64,000 bases of DNA from an uncultured Acidobacteriota bacterium (GTDB taxonomy: Bacteria > Acidobacteriota > Thermoanaerobaculia > UBA5066 > Gp7-AA6), in contig CAVULG010000004.1 of NCBI GenBank assembly GCA_963742245.1, positions 169,064 to 233,063 on the forward strand, written 5' to 3'. The stretch's first letter is position 1; the number at the start of each line of letters is the position of its first letter. Under the pieces are notes generated by a model that made no database searches, had not been told where the DNA came from, and was given only the letters and a program-made list of their open reading frames with translations. Shown here one piece after another: positions 9,901 to 20,763 of the stretch. The position numbers and the translations under genes are program-made.

Positions 9901-12542
9901 GCCACACCGCGCAGGAAGCTCCGCTTGGCGATCCCTCGCCTCTTCGGAAAGAGGTTCGAGAAAAACGAAAGGAGCGCCGGAAGGCCGAAGACGCCGAGCA
10001 CGAAGACCGTCCAAAGCCGGGCACTGACCCCCGGCAGACACCAGCCGGCCAGGAGCGTCGCGAAAGCCGCCGGCGCCGACAGACTGCGCCGGAGGTTGTC
10101 GAACATCTTCCAGCGTCCAATGGCCGGGATCGCGGTCGCCGAGCGAGGCCCCGGCGAGGCCAATGCCGGCGCAAGGATCCAGGGAAGCAGCTGCCAGTCG
10201 CCCCTTACCCAGCGGTGCTGGCGGGACACGGCCACTTCGTAATGGCCCGGAAAGCCCTCGAAGACCTCGATGTCGGAAACGAATCCGGCGCGGGCAAAGA
10301 GCCCCTCGAAGAGATCGTGCGAGAGCTGCGCGTTCTCCGGAACCCGGTCGGCGAGCGCCTGCTCGAACGCGTCCACGTCGTAGATGCCCTTGCCCGTGAA
10401 GATGCCCTCGCCGAAGAGGTCCTGGTAGACGTCGGACACGGCGAAGGCATAGAGGTCGACGCCGCGCGGGCCTGAGAAGACGAGCTGAAAGAGGGTGCCG
10501 AAGCCGATCTCCGGCAGCGTCGGCGTCACCCGCGGCTGCAGAAGAGCGTGACCTTCCACGACGCGCCGGCCCGCGGGATCGAAGATGGGGAGGTTGAGGG
10601 AGTGCGCCATCGTTCCGACCAGGCGCCGCGCCGCTTCGCGCGGCAACCGGGAGTCGGCATCGAGGGTGATGACGTAACGAATCCCCGAGGGTGCAAGGGG
10701 CCCCCGTGCATCGGCGGTCACGAAGGACGTGTCGGCGGCGCCTCGCAGGAGGCGGTTGAGCTCCCGCAGTTTCCCGCGCTTGCGCTCCCATCCCATCCAG
10801 ACCTGTTCCCTCTCGTTCCAGAGCCGGCGGCGGTGAAGCAGCCAGAAGCGGTCGCCGCCCCCGGCGGCGGGGCCGTGGCGCTCGTTGAGCCCTCGGATCG
10901 CGGCCTGCGCGAGCTCGAGCAGCGGCGCGTCCTCGGGAAGACTCTCGGAGGACGCGTCGGGCCAGTCCGACAGGAGCGCGAAGCGCAGCTCGGGATCCTT
11001 GTTGGCGAGATAGTGAACCTCCAGCCGCTGGACGACCTCTTCGATCTCGGATTCGTCGGTGAGAAGCATGGGGATGGCGATCAGCGCCCTCAAGTCGGGC
11101 GGCACGCCTCGAGCGAGCTCGAGCTTCGGGAGACGCCGCGGGGGGAAGAGTCGCGTGGCGGCGCGGTGAACGATCTCCACCGCGAGGTCGGACGCCGGCC
11201 AGATTCCGAAGAGAGCCAGCAGAACCACCCACGACGTTCGGACGCCGGCCAGTGCGGTCAGAACGACCGGCACCGCCAGAACAGTCAGGGTCGCCAGGAG
11301 GATCGCCGAGAGGTACAGGGGCACCGCCGCGCGCACGCAGGCGCGCCGCACACGCTGCCGGAACCGAACCCGGTAGCCGATCTCGTTCTCGAGCCGGAAG
11401 CGACCCTGGGCGATCAGGAAGTAGCCGGGATCGCGGAGACGGAGACCCATCGCGGCGCCGGAGGCGTCTCGGTCCTTCGAGCCTTTCGTCGCGAGCGCCA
11501 CCGCGCGCCGCGCCACCTCGAGCTCGTCGCGAGGACTTCCGCGTGCGAGCTCTTCGACGGCATGGCGGTACCGGTCGCGGGTCGCGAAATCCATTTGTGC
11601 CACGCCCGTGCCGTCGCACAGGGTCTCGTGAACCAGACTCACGCTTTCGAAGAAGTCGGCCCAGTCCGCGGACGAGAGAAGGCGCATGCTCGTGATGACG
11701 TTGCGCACCGTCGCGTGGTTGGCGATCTGCTCCTGATGCTCGACGTGCACGAGGTCCTCGGCCGTCGTTCCCTCGCGTGCGATCCGCTGGTCCAGCCACT
11801 CGAGCGCGGGCGTGACGGCGGGATCCTGCTCGCGCAACCTCTGGGCAAGCGCCACGGCGAAGGCCTGCGAAAAGGAAGCCTGCTCCAGCGTGTCCCGCAT
11901 CGCTGCCGGTTCCGGCTTGGCCGCACCGTCGATCCCGAGGAGCGCGTCGGCGACGGCGTCCGCCCGCTCCCGGGCGAGGCCGCGCGCCGTGATGCGCTCG
12001 GCCAGTCGCCGAAGGTTCTCGACGAGCACGACGCGCAGCGAGATGGCCAGAGCCCAGAGCTCACCGATGGTCAGCGGCTCGACTCCCTGATAGGCGAGGA
12101 TGAAGCGGCGCAGCGTCGCGAGATCGATCCGGCTGTCCGTGTGCGCGACGAACGACCAGGCCAGTCCGTAGACGCGCGGATAGCCCTCGAGCGTCCCCGA
12201 CGCGAGTTTCGGAAGCTCCCGATAGAACCCGGGCGGGAGGTCCTCTCGAATCTCGCGAATCTGCTCTTCGACGAGATGAAAGTTGCTCAAGAGCCACTCC
12301 GCAGCGGGCGAGATGGTGCGCGTCCGGCGGCCTGCCTCCGCGAGCGTGCGTTGCGCCTGGAGCAGGACGCGCGCGTTGTCGTGGAGGCGCGGAAGCAGCC
12401 GCCGCCCTCGTTTGCGCCCGGGGCGCACGCGGTGCTCGGCGGCCAGTCTCACGGCGAACGGCTCGAGTTGCTCGGCCGAATAGAGGTCGGAGCGAATCGG
12501 ATCGCTCGACGCGCGCGTCGGTTTCTTTCCTAACACGCGCAC
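3986..12542 (-). CDS. ndvB: Cyclic beta-1,2-glucan synthase (NdvB/Cgs-like; GT84 plus glucoamylase-like and GH94 phosphorylase domains); one apparent frameshift near 8225-8240
   Basis: ORFs 7587-12542 and 3986-8215 join at GLGLKR..QDLVVAPYAT with one extra base; motifs WMGWERKRGK, YVITLDAD, SHDLFEG, RQHRWVRGDWQ, SWSGSMFEYLMP, GFRDQLQD, GDWNDGMN, RENGGQYSH. Confidence 0.9.
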
Positions 12543-12659
12543 GAACGAGGAAAAGACGAGCCGAGGGCCGTCGAGAAACCGATCAGCATCGCGCCATTCT
12601 CTCGCCTCCCGGGCCCTCGTGCCGGCACAGCCCGTGGGCTCCCTCGGAGGGGCGGGCGA

Positions 12660-12944
12660 TTACAGGAGACCGGGCCGCCCCCGGAAGAGACGACGTGCGA
12701 TCGCCGCGACGAAAACGGTCCCAACGGCCTTCACGAGGGTCGGGTGCCGAGAGTAGAAGTCTTTTGCCTTTTCAATGACCTCAGGGAGGCCTCTTGCGAG
12801 CGCGCCGAAGGGGCTCTCGAAATCGCTGCGCGGCTCGACCTCCGGCGTCAAGACATGCCGACGCGCGGCGGACGGGTCGGCGCCCTTAATGTCCTTAGAG
12901 GCCCCCACCGGCTCGTGATCCGGGTTTTCTTCTCGAGTGTCCAT
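12660..12944 (-). CDS. Small hypothetical protein (94 aa, MDTREEN...)
   Basis: GGAGG 5 nt before the ATG at 12944; C-terminal amphipathic segment FYSRHPTLVKAVGTVFVAAI. Confidence 0.6.
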   Translation of the reverse strand: MDTREENPDHEPVGASKDIKGADPSAARRHVLTPEVEPRSDFESPFGALARGLPEVIEKAKDFYSRHPTLVKAVGTVFVAAIARRLFRGRPGLL

Positions 12945-12997
12945 GGTTCCTCCCCCGGCGGTGCGAAGTGCAAGAGGGGTGCCGCGCGAGCGGGGGC

Positions 12998-13122
12998 GCG
13001 GGGGAGGATTTACCGCCGGGCTCTGCCCGGCGTTTGCGCCCCGCATCCGCGGCTTCGCCGCGGTCGGGGCGCCGAACCTCCGCGCCGCGCTTCGCGCGGC
13101 TGCTCGGGTTCAAATCCCTCCC
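12998..13122. repeat. tRNA T-arm-derived multi-hairpin palindromic element
   Basis: GCGGGGGAGGATTT (12998-13011) nearly repeats 13189-13203; GGGTTCAAATCCCTCCC (13106-13122) is the exact reverse complement of 13193-13209; three GC hairpins lie between them. Confidence 0.7.
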
Positions 13123-13141
13123 ACACCTGCCTCGCCATCAA

Positions 13142-13173
13142 GAAACAAAACGGCCGGGGCATGACCCCGGCCG
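13142..13173 (-). terminator. Rho-independent terminator of tRNA-fMet
   Basis: CGGCCGGGG-catga-CCCCGGCCG hairpin (13151-13173), followed on the minus strand by TTTTGTTTCT. Confidence 0.85.
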
Positions 13174-13183
13174 ATCAAGATCT

Positions 13184-13260
<77 letters not shown>

Positions 13261-13363
13261 GCAGAGGGCGCACCTTATCGGAGGGCGATGGCGAGGTCAA
13301 GCCGGCCAGGCCCCCCGACCACCGAGCCGTCCGCCCTCGCCCGATCCGGTATTCTCCGCCTCC

Positions 13364-13888
13364 ATGACGCGCGTCCGGGCTCTGGCTGTCCTGCTCGCGG
13401 CGCTCTCGCTGGGGCTCGACCCCGTCAAGCACCCTCCCCTGCCGGGCGTGCTGAAAATCGACCTGGATCGCTACATGGGCGAGTGGTACGTCATCGCGAA
13501 CATCCCGACGCGCTACGAGCGCAACGCTCACAACGCGCGCGAGACGTTCCGCCGCAACCCCGACGGAACGATCGCGACGACGTTCACGTTCCACGAGGAC
13601 GGCTTCGACGGCCCCCTGAAGACCATGAGGCCGAAGGCCTGGGTGCGCGACGAGTCGAACGCGATCTGGTGGATGCAGTTCTACTGGCCGCTGAAGGCGG
13701 AGTACGTCATCGCGTACATCTCCCCCGATTACTCCCAGGCGATCGTCGCCCGGACCAAGCGCGACTACGTCTGGATCCTGGCGCGAACCCCCGAGATCTC
13801 GGACGCCGACTACCGCGGGCTGAGCGAGAAGATCCTCGGCCTCGGTTACGACCTCTCCAAGCTCCAGCGGATCCCGCAGAGCTGGTAG
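13364..13888 (+). CDS. Bacterial lipocalin (Blc-like)
   Basis: DLDRYMGEWYVIA, QFYWPLKAEY, YVWILARTP motifs; signal peptide. Confidence 0.9.
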   Translation: MTRVRALAVLLAALSLGLDPVKHPPLPGVLKIDLDRYMGEWYVIANIPTRYERNAHNARETFRRNPDGTIATTFTFHEDGFDGPLKTMRPKAWVRDESNAIWWMQFYWPLKAEYVIAYISPDYSQAIVARTKRDYVWILARTPEISDADYRGLSEKILGLGYDLSKLQRIPQSW

Positions 13889-13891
13889 CGC

Positions 13892-14725
13892 ATGGGAGAC
13901 ACACCGGGGTTCTCCGACACCGCGCCGCAGACCATCGGACGATTCCGCCTCCTCGACCGGATCGGCGCCGGCGGCTTCGGATCGGTGTTCAAGGCTCTCG
14001 ATCCCGAAACGGGCGGCTTCGTCGCGATCAAGACCTGCGACCTCGGCGAGGACGCGCACCCGCGGTTCTTTCGCGAGGCCCGTCTCGCCGCCGGGCTCCG
14101 GCATCCCGGCATCACCGCGGTCTACGAGTCCGGCATGGCCGGCGACACGCCATACATGGTCCAGGAGCTCCTGTCGGGGCGGGACCTTTCCGCGATGATC
14201 GCGGAGCGCGAGCCCTACGCTTTCGACGCCCGGAGGCGGATCCTCGCCGGCGTCGCCGACGCCCTCGCCTATGCCCACGGCGAGAAGGTCATCCATCGCG
14301 ACATCAAACCGTCCAACGTGCGGGTGCTCGAGGACGGCGCCGTCAAGATCATGGACTTCGGGATCGCGAAGACGATCGGCTCGACGACCGGCATGACGCG
14401 CGGCGGCATGAGTGTGGGCACCTACGGCTACATCTCGCCCGAGCAGATCAGCGGCGAGGCGATCGGCCCGCAGACCGACATCTTCCTGCTCGGCCTCGTG
14501 GGCTACGAGCTGCTCGCCTTCCGGCCGGCGTTTCGCCATCCGAACCTCTTCCGCCTGATGGACATGATCTTCACGCAGGAACCGGATCCGCTCATCGATG
14601 TCGCGCCGTCCGTTCCGCCCGAGCTCTCGACGGTCGTCGAACGGGCTCTTCGCAAGCGTCCCGAGGATCGGTTCGCGTCCGCGGCCGAGATGCGGGACGC
14701 CCTCGCGCATGCCTCCCTCGGCTGA
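13892..14725 (+). CDS. Hanks-type Ser/Thr protein kinase, kinase domain only (copy 1)
   Basis: GAGGFGSV, VAIK, HRDIKPSN, DFG, SPEQ. Confidence 0.92.
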   Translation: MGDTPGFSDTAPQTIGRFRLLDRIGAGGFGSVFKALDPETGGFVAIKTCDLGEDAHPRFFREARLAAGLRHPGITAVYESGMAGDTPYMVQELLSGRDLSAMIAEREPYAFDARRRILAGVADALAYAHGEKVIHRDIKPSNVRVLEDGAVKIMDFGIAKTIGSTTGMTRGGMSVGTYGYISPEQISGEAIGPQTDIFLLGLVGYELLAFRPAFRHPNLFRLMDMIFTQEPDPLIDVAPSVPPELSTVVERALRKRPEDRFASAAEMRDALAHASLG

Positions 14726-14828
14726 GGTCGGGAACCGCGGCACGCCGACGGCACGTTTCTTGTACCAGGCCGAAGGCATCTTGAACACCGACCCCAATCC
14801 CTCCGCCGGACGTTCGGCAGCCACCACG

Positions 14829-15632
14829 ATGCCCACCGGCACGCTCGGGCGCTACAAGCTCGTCGAGCGCATCGGCGCCGGCGGCTTCGGATCGGTGTTC
14901 CGGGCCCTGGATCCGTACTCGAATGTCCCGGTTGCGATCAAGACCTGCACGCTCGGCGAGGACGGGCACGAGCGGTTCTTTCGCGAGGCCCGGATCGCCG
15001 CCGGCCTCAAGCACCCGCGCATCACCGCGGTCTACGAATCGGGCATGGACGGGGAGACGCCCTACATGGTGCAGGAGCTTCTCGGAGGCCGGGATCTCTC
15101 CGCCCTCATCGCCGACCGGGAGCCCCTCCCCTTTGAAGCAAGGCGTGCGATTCTGGCGGGCATCGCGGACGGGCTGGAGTTCGCCCACCAGAAGGGTGTG
15201 ATTCACCGGGACATCAAGCCCTCGAACATCCGCGTCCTCGAGGACGGCACCGTCAAGATCATGGATTTCGGCATCGCGAAATCGCTCACGTCCTCGACCG
15301 GAATCACCAAGAGCGGCGTCGCGCTCGGCTCGATGGGATACATGTCGCCCGAGCAGGTCTGCGGGGATCCGGTCGGTCCCTGGACGGACATCTTTCTTCT
15401 TGGTGTGCTGGGCTACGAGTTCCTGAGCTACCAGGCCCCGTTCCGCAACGACAACCTCTTCCGGCTCATGGAGCTGATCGTCAAGGAAGACCCGGACCCC
15501 CTCATCGACGTCGCTCCGACGGTGCCGCCCGCGCTCGCCGCCATCGTCGAAAAGGCCATGCGCAAGACGCCGGAGGACCGCTTCTCGTCGGCGGCCGAGC
15601 TGCGCGACGCGCTGCTGGAGAAAGAGCCGTGA
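14829..15632 (+). CDS. Hanks-type Ser/Thr protein kinase, kinase domain only (copy 2, tandem paralog)
   Basis: Same motifs as copy 1, with long identical nucleotide stretches; start could be the upstream TTG at 14781. Confidence 0.9.
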   Translation: MPTGTLGRYKLVERIGAGGFGSVFRALDPYSNVPVAIKTCTLGEDGHERFFREARIAAGLKHPRITAVYESGMDGETPYMVQELLGGRDLSALIADREPLPFEARRAILAGIADGLEFAHQKGVIHRDIKPSNIRVLEDGTVKIMDFGIAKSLTSSTGITKSGVALGSMGYMSPEQVCGDPVGPWTDIFLLGVLGYEFLSYQAPFRNDNLFRLMELIVKEDPDPLIDVAPTVPPALAAIVEKAMRKTPEDRFSSAAELRDALLEKEP

Positions 15633-15988
15633 GAGAACGCCCGGCGCTGGTGCTCGTCGTCGACGACGACGCCGTCATGCGGCAGACGTTGACCGAGTTT
15701 CTCCAGACCGAGGGCTACCGCGCGGCGGCCGCCGGCGACGGTGCCGAGGCCCTCGCCGCCTGCGACGCCGAGCGGCCGGACCTCATCCTGCTCGATCTCA
15801 AGATGCCAGGCATGGACGGGTGGCAGTTTCTCGAGGCGTGGCGATCCCGCCCCGCCGGACCGCGGTGCGCGATCGTCCTCATGTCCGGCCTCGCATTCAT
15901 CCACGACGCGCCGGGCGTCGCGGACTTCCTGTCGAAGCCGGTGGATCCGGCCCGCCTGCGCTCCTGCCTGGGACGGCTCCTCGCCTGA
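15629..15988 (+). CDS. Single-domain response regulator (receiver)
   Basis: VLVVDDD, PDLILLDLKMP, FLSKP; GTGA overlap with the kinase stop codon. Confidence 0.9.
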   Translation: MRERPALVLVVDDDAVMRQTLTEFLQTEGYRAAAAGDGAEALAACDAERPDLILLDLKMPGMDGWQFLEAWRSRPAGPRCAIVLMSGLAFIHDAPGVADFLSKPVDPARLRSCLGRLLA

Positions 15989-16057
15989 AGGGGCTGGCGC
16001 TCTCCGTGCTGGCACTCTCCATGCAGTAGAAGGCGCTCGACAAAAAGGAGGTCGCCG

Positions 16058-16210
16058 ATGGGCCTGGTCCTGTTGATCGTCCTGGTGCTTCTTCTCCTGG
16101 GCGCGCTTCCGAGCTGGGGCTACAGCCGGAACTGGGGCTACGGGCCGAGCGGAATTCTCGGCGTCATTCTGATCGTCATCGTCGTGTTGCTGTTGACCGG
16201 CCGCCTGTAG
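16058..16210 (+). CDS. DUF3309-family small membrane protein (50 aa; absent from the ORF track)
   Basis: AAGGAGG RBS; MGLVLLIVLVLLLLGALPSWGYSRNWGYGPSGILGVILIVIVVLLLTGRL. Confidence 0.88.
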   Translation: MGLVLLIVLVLLLLGALPSWGYSRNWGYGPSGILGVILIVIVVLLLTGRL

Positions 16211-16243
16211 ACGCGGCGGACCGTTGAGAGGCCCGCCCCGTTC

Positions 16244-16603
16244 TCAGGGCTCGGGGGGCGCGGCGGGAACCGGAGTCGTCTTCGGTTTCGTGAGGCTGCC
16301 GGGAGGATAGAGGAGAACCACCTCGTCCGGCTGGACGAGGTGGAGCTCTTCGCGCGCCACCTTCTCCGCCGGGAACTCGTGGCGATTGGCGGCGTCGATC
16401 GCGGCCTTCAAGGCTTCGTTTTCGGCGCGCCGGTCGGCGATCTGGCGATCGAGGAGCGCGACTTCCGAGCGCGCGCGCCGGAGCTCCAGCACCCGGCGAT
16501 CCGAGAGCAACAGGACGCCCATCAGGACCGTCGAGATCGCGAGCGAGACGAGGAACGCCTTGCCGGGCCGGGGGCCGCGTCCGATGTGCTGGGCGTTTTT
16601 CAT
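16244..16603 (-). CDS. ftsB: Septum formation initiator FtsB/DivIC family
   Basis: TM helix, coiled coil and EKVAREEL.LV.PDE; lies directly downstream of eno (conserved synteny). Confidence 0.8.
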   Translation of the reverse strand: MKNAQHIGRGPRPGKAFLVSLAISTVLMGVLLLSDRRVLELRRARSEVALLDRQIADRRAENEALKAAIDAANRHEFPAEKVAREELHLVQPDEVVLLYPPGSLTKPKTTPVPAAPPEP

Positions 16604-16616
16604 CGCGCCGTGCGCT

Positions 16617-17903
<1,287 letters not shown>

Positions 17904-17979
17904 TCAGAATCCCCGAAGCGTCCCGGAAAATCAACTCGATTCCCGGTCCCGCGCGCCCGCAGGTATACAGTGGAGCGCC

Positions 17980-18957
17980 TTGCTTCGCCGGATCCGACAC
18001 GCCGCGACGCTCGCACGGGCCTCCGGGGTCATCGCCGCGTTGTCCCTCGCCGCCTGCGCCGCGACCGCCCCTCCCAAGACCGCCTCCCGGCTCACCGTCC
18101 GCGCCCCGAAGCTGCCCCTTGCCGAAACCGCGCCCGCCCCCTCCTCTCCGACGGATCTGGTCAAGGCGGCCGTCTTCGCCCGGATCAACGCCGACCGGGC
18201 AAAGGAGGGCCTGCGCCCGGTGGCCTGGGACGAGGCCGCCTCGAAGGTTGCGGACGCCTTCACCCGCGCCCAGGTTTCGGAGGGCACCCGCGGCCACTTC
18301 CTCATGGACGGACTGCCGCCCTATGCCCGGACCACCTTCGCCGGCGTCTTCGGGATGGGCGCCGAGAACTCGGTCGCCTGGATCACGACGGCGCCCGCCT
18401 TCGAGGAGAACGAACTCGCTCTTGCTCTCTCCGGGCACGAGGACATGATGCGGGAGACGCCTCCGAACGACGGGCACCGGCGGGCGATCCTCGACCCGGA
18501 CGCGACCCACGTGGGAGTGGGGTACGCGATGCGGGCCGGGAGCTTCCGGATGGCGGAAGAGTTCCTGACCCGCCGGCTCGCGGCCCTCGCGCTCGCCGCC
18601 GAAGCGGGGACGCTCATTCTTCGAGGCCGGACGCCTCCCGGATACACGCTCCAGTTCGTCGCGATCGCGCGCGAGCCCGAGCCCGGGCCGCTGACCAAAG
18701 AAGAAACGCGGGCGCGCCGCAACTACGTCTATCCCGAAACGACCGTGGCGCTCGTCAAGGAAGGGCGCAAGTCGATGCGGATCATCGGCGCCGAGACCGA
18801 CGACCGGATCCATCTCGACAGCACCGGCGAGTTCTTCTTCCGCTACGCGCCGCCGAGGCCGGGGCTCTGGACCATGACGTTCTACGTCGCCGAGCGGCAG
18901 GAGCGGCCGAGGCCCGGCGGACTCGCCGTCTTCTGGATGGTGGAGGCATCGCGATGA
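17980..18957 (+). CDS. CAP/SCP-domain lipoprotein
   Basis: Lipobox LAAC; INADRAKEGL, AENS, GHRRAILDPDATHVGVG; TTG start after GGAG chosen, start uncertain. Confidence 0.75.
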   Translation: MLRRIRHAATLARASGVIAALSLAACAATAPPKTASRLTVRAPKLPLAETAPAPSSPTDLVKAAVFARINADRAKEGLRPVAWDEAASKVADAFTRAQVSEGTRGHFLMDGLPPYARTTFAGVFGMGAENSVAWITTAPAFEENELALALSGHEDMMRETPPNDGHRRAILDPDATHVGVGYAMRAGSFRMAEEFLTRRLAALALAAEAGTLILRGRTPPGYTLQFVAIAREPEPGPLTKEETRARRNYVYPETTVALVKEGRKSMRIIGAETDDRIHLDSTGEFFFRYAPPRPGLWTMTFYVAERQERPRPGGLAVFWMVEASR

Positions 18958-19298
18958 TCACCGTGCTCGCGATCGGCGGCTCCCTCGCGGACGCGTCCGC
19001 CCTCGCGTCCTTCGGCGCAGCGCATCCCTCCGTCGAGGTGGTCACGGCGCGCGGCGCGGAGGAAGCGCTCGAGACGCTGGCGCGCAATCGGCGGATCGAC
19101 GCGGTCCTCATCCTCGCCGCGCCGGACGCTCGCGAGACCGCGGCCCTGATCGCCGAGGAGGATCCGGGGGCTCCTCCCGTGTTCGCCGCGGCGGCGGCGG
19201 GGCCCCTTCCCGGAGCGCGGGCTTTGTCCGGCGTCTCCGAAACCGAGATGCTGGAGGCGCTGGTCGCCACGCTCGCGCCTCCGGAAGAGTCGCCCTGA
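18954..19298 (+). CDS. Hypothetical protein, degenerate receiver-like fold
   Basis: ATGA overlap with the upstream stop; VEVVTARGAEEALETL..IDAVLI resembles a REC fold lacking the acidic pocket. Confidence 0.55.
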   Translation: MITVLAIGGSLADASALASFGAAHPSVEVVTARGAEEALETLARNRRIDAVLILAAPDARETAALIAEEDPGAPPVFAAAAAGPLPGARALSGVSETEMLEALVATLAPPEESP

Positions 19299-19327
19299 AA
19301 AACAAAGAGGGCGGCTAACGCCGCCCT
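19298..19327 (-). terminator. Rho-independent terminator (minus strand; possibly bidirectional)
   Basis: AGGGCGGC-TAAC-GCCGCCCT (19308-19327), followed on the minus strand by CTTTGTTTTT. Confidence 0.8.
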
Positions 19328-19413
19328 TCGATCGGAAACGCGGGCTACCCCGCGTCCCTCAACTCCTCACTTCGAGCCCCCGCTCTTCTCGAGCCGGTTG
19401 ACGGGCCCCACCG
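19298..19413 (-). ncRNA. Candidate small RNA (~115 nt)
   Basis: Lies between a consensus promoter and an intrinsic terminator; internal hairpin ACGCGGG-CTAC-CCCGCGT (19338-19355); no credible ORF. Confidence 0.55.
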
Positions 19414-19419
19414 CCGACT

Positions 19420-19448
19420 AAGTTATGGCCCGCGGGCCGCGCTGTCAA
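19420..19448 (-). promoter_or_regulatory. Sigma70-type promoter
   Basis: Minus strand TTGACA (19448-19443), 17 nt spacer, TAACTT (19425-19420). Confidence 0.7.
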
Positions 19449-19536
19449 GAAGAACAGGGGTCCCGGCCACACTGGCCATTCGGGCAGGCGGGCCTCGGGG
19501 CCCCTCAAGCCCCTCCGGCCGTGGTAACTTCCGGGC

Positions 19537-20263
19537 ATGGGTGGATGTGGCACCGGAGGCGGCTGCGGGGTCGGAAACGCTTATAACCCCGGCCAGTACG
19601 TCGGAATCCGGATCAACGAGCACGAGGACGGCCGCAACGTCCTCTGCGACACCATGGGCAACGAAGTGGCCCGCGGGGCATGAGGGTCATCGTCGAGGCC
19701 GACACCGGCATGGAGTACGCCGAGGTGACCAATCTCCGTCCCATGATCCTGAAGAATTGCCAGTTACGGGACTCCCGGCGGCTTGTCCGGGTCGCGTCGG
19801 AGACCGACCTCGTTTCCTACGCGCGAAGGTCGCCCGGGAGACCCGGTTCCTGTCGGACACCCAGGCGCTGGCATCGGAGAAGCGTCTGGCTATCAAGGTG
19901 GTCCGTGCCGAGGAGACCTTCGACGGCCGAAAGGTCACGGTTTATTACACTTCCGAGGCCCGGATCGACTACCGGAAGCTCGTTTCGGACCTGGCGATCA
20001 AGCATCCGGTCCGAATCGAGATGCGTCAGATCGGGCCCCGCGACGAAACCAAGATGCGTGGCGGGATCGGCCCCTGCGGCCTCACGCTCTGCTGCTCGAC
20101 TTTCCTGAAGTCGTTCCACCCCGTCACGATCAAGATGGCCAAGAATCAGAACCTGTCGCTCAATCCCTCGAAGATTTCCGGGATGTGCGGCCGGCTCATG
20201 TGCTGCCTCGCTTACGAGGACGAGGGCCGAAACCTCCGCGCCGGCGCTCCGAAAGCAGAATAA
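19537..20263 (+). CDS. ricT: PSP1/RicT (YaaT) family Fe-S protein; apparent frameshifts near 19678 and 19825
   Basis: MGGCGTGGGC N-terminus; RVIVEADTGMEYAEV; RIEMRQIGPRDE..GGIGPCG..LCCS; MAKNQNLSLNPSKISGMCGRLMCCLAYE. Confidence 0.85.
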
Positions 20264-20277
20264 TCCCGCCGAACTGC

Positions 20278-20298
20278 CTGTTTGAACCTGTCAAACAG
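20278..20298. promoter_or_regulatory. Inverted repeat upstream of hfq (operator or hairpin)
   Basis: CTGTTTGA-acctg-TCAAACAG in an AT-rich spacer. Confidence 0.4.
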
Positions 20299-20333
20299 TC
20301 CCACCTTTTTAACCGGGACAAAGAGAGACAGCC

Positions 20334-20710
20334 GTGGCCAACCGTAGTACTGGCGGCGCTTTCCGAGGCGAGGACGAAGGACCCGCCAACCGAAAACTGA
20401 TCCGACCCAACCTGTCCGAGCTCGCCGACCGCTATCCGACGCGCTCGTTCGCGCAGCGCAAGCAGGTCCCGCCCGAGCAGACCAATGCCGAGAGCTACTA
20501 CTACCTCAAACAGATGGCGGCCAAGACTCCGATGGTCGTCGTGTTGAACGACGGCGAGGAGATCCATGGCTGGATCGAGTGGTACGACAAGGCTGCATCA
20601 AGGTCAATCGGGAGAAGGGCGCCAACCTGCTGCTTCCGAAGGCCTCGATCAAGTACATGTTCAAGGCTTCCGAGGGCGACGGCGGACCGGAGACCGACGG
20701 GAACCGGTAA
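20334..20710 (+). CDS. hfq: Acidobacterial-type Hfq/Sm RNA chaperone; one base missing near 20591
   Basis: [46 protein letters not shown]; shifted frame continues [28 protein letters not shown]. Confidence 0.8.
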
Positions 20711-20763
20711 ACGGGTCTGCGCCTCGTTTCTCCCGTCGCTCAATCCGCTTTCCGGCGACAGGC

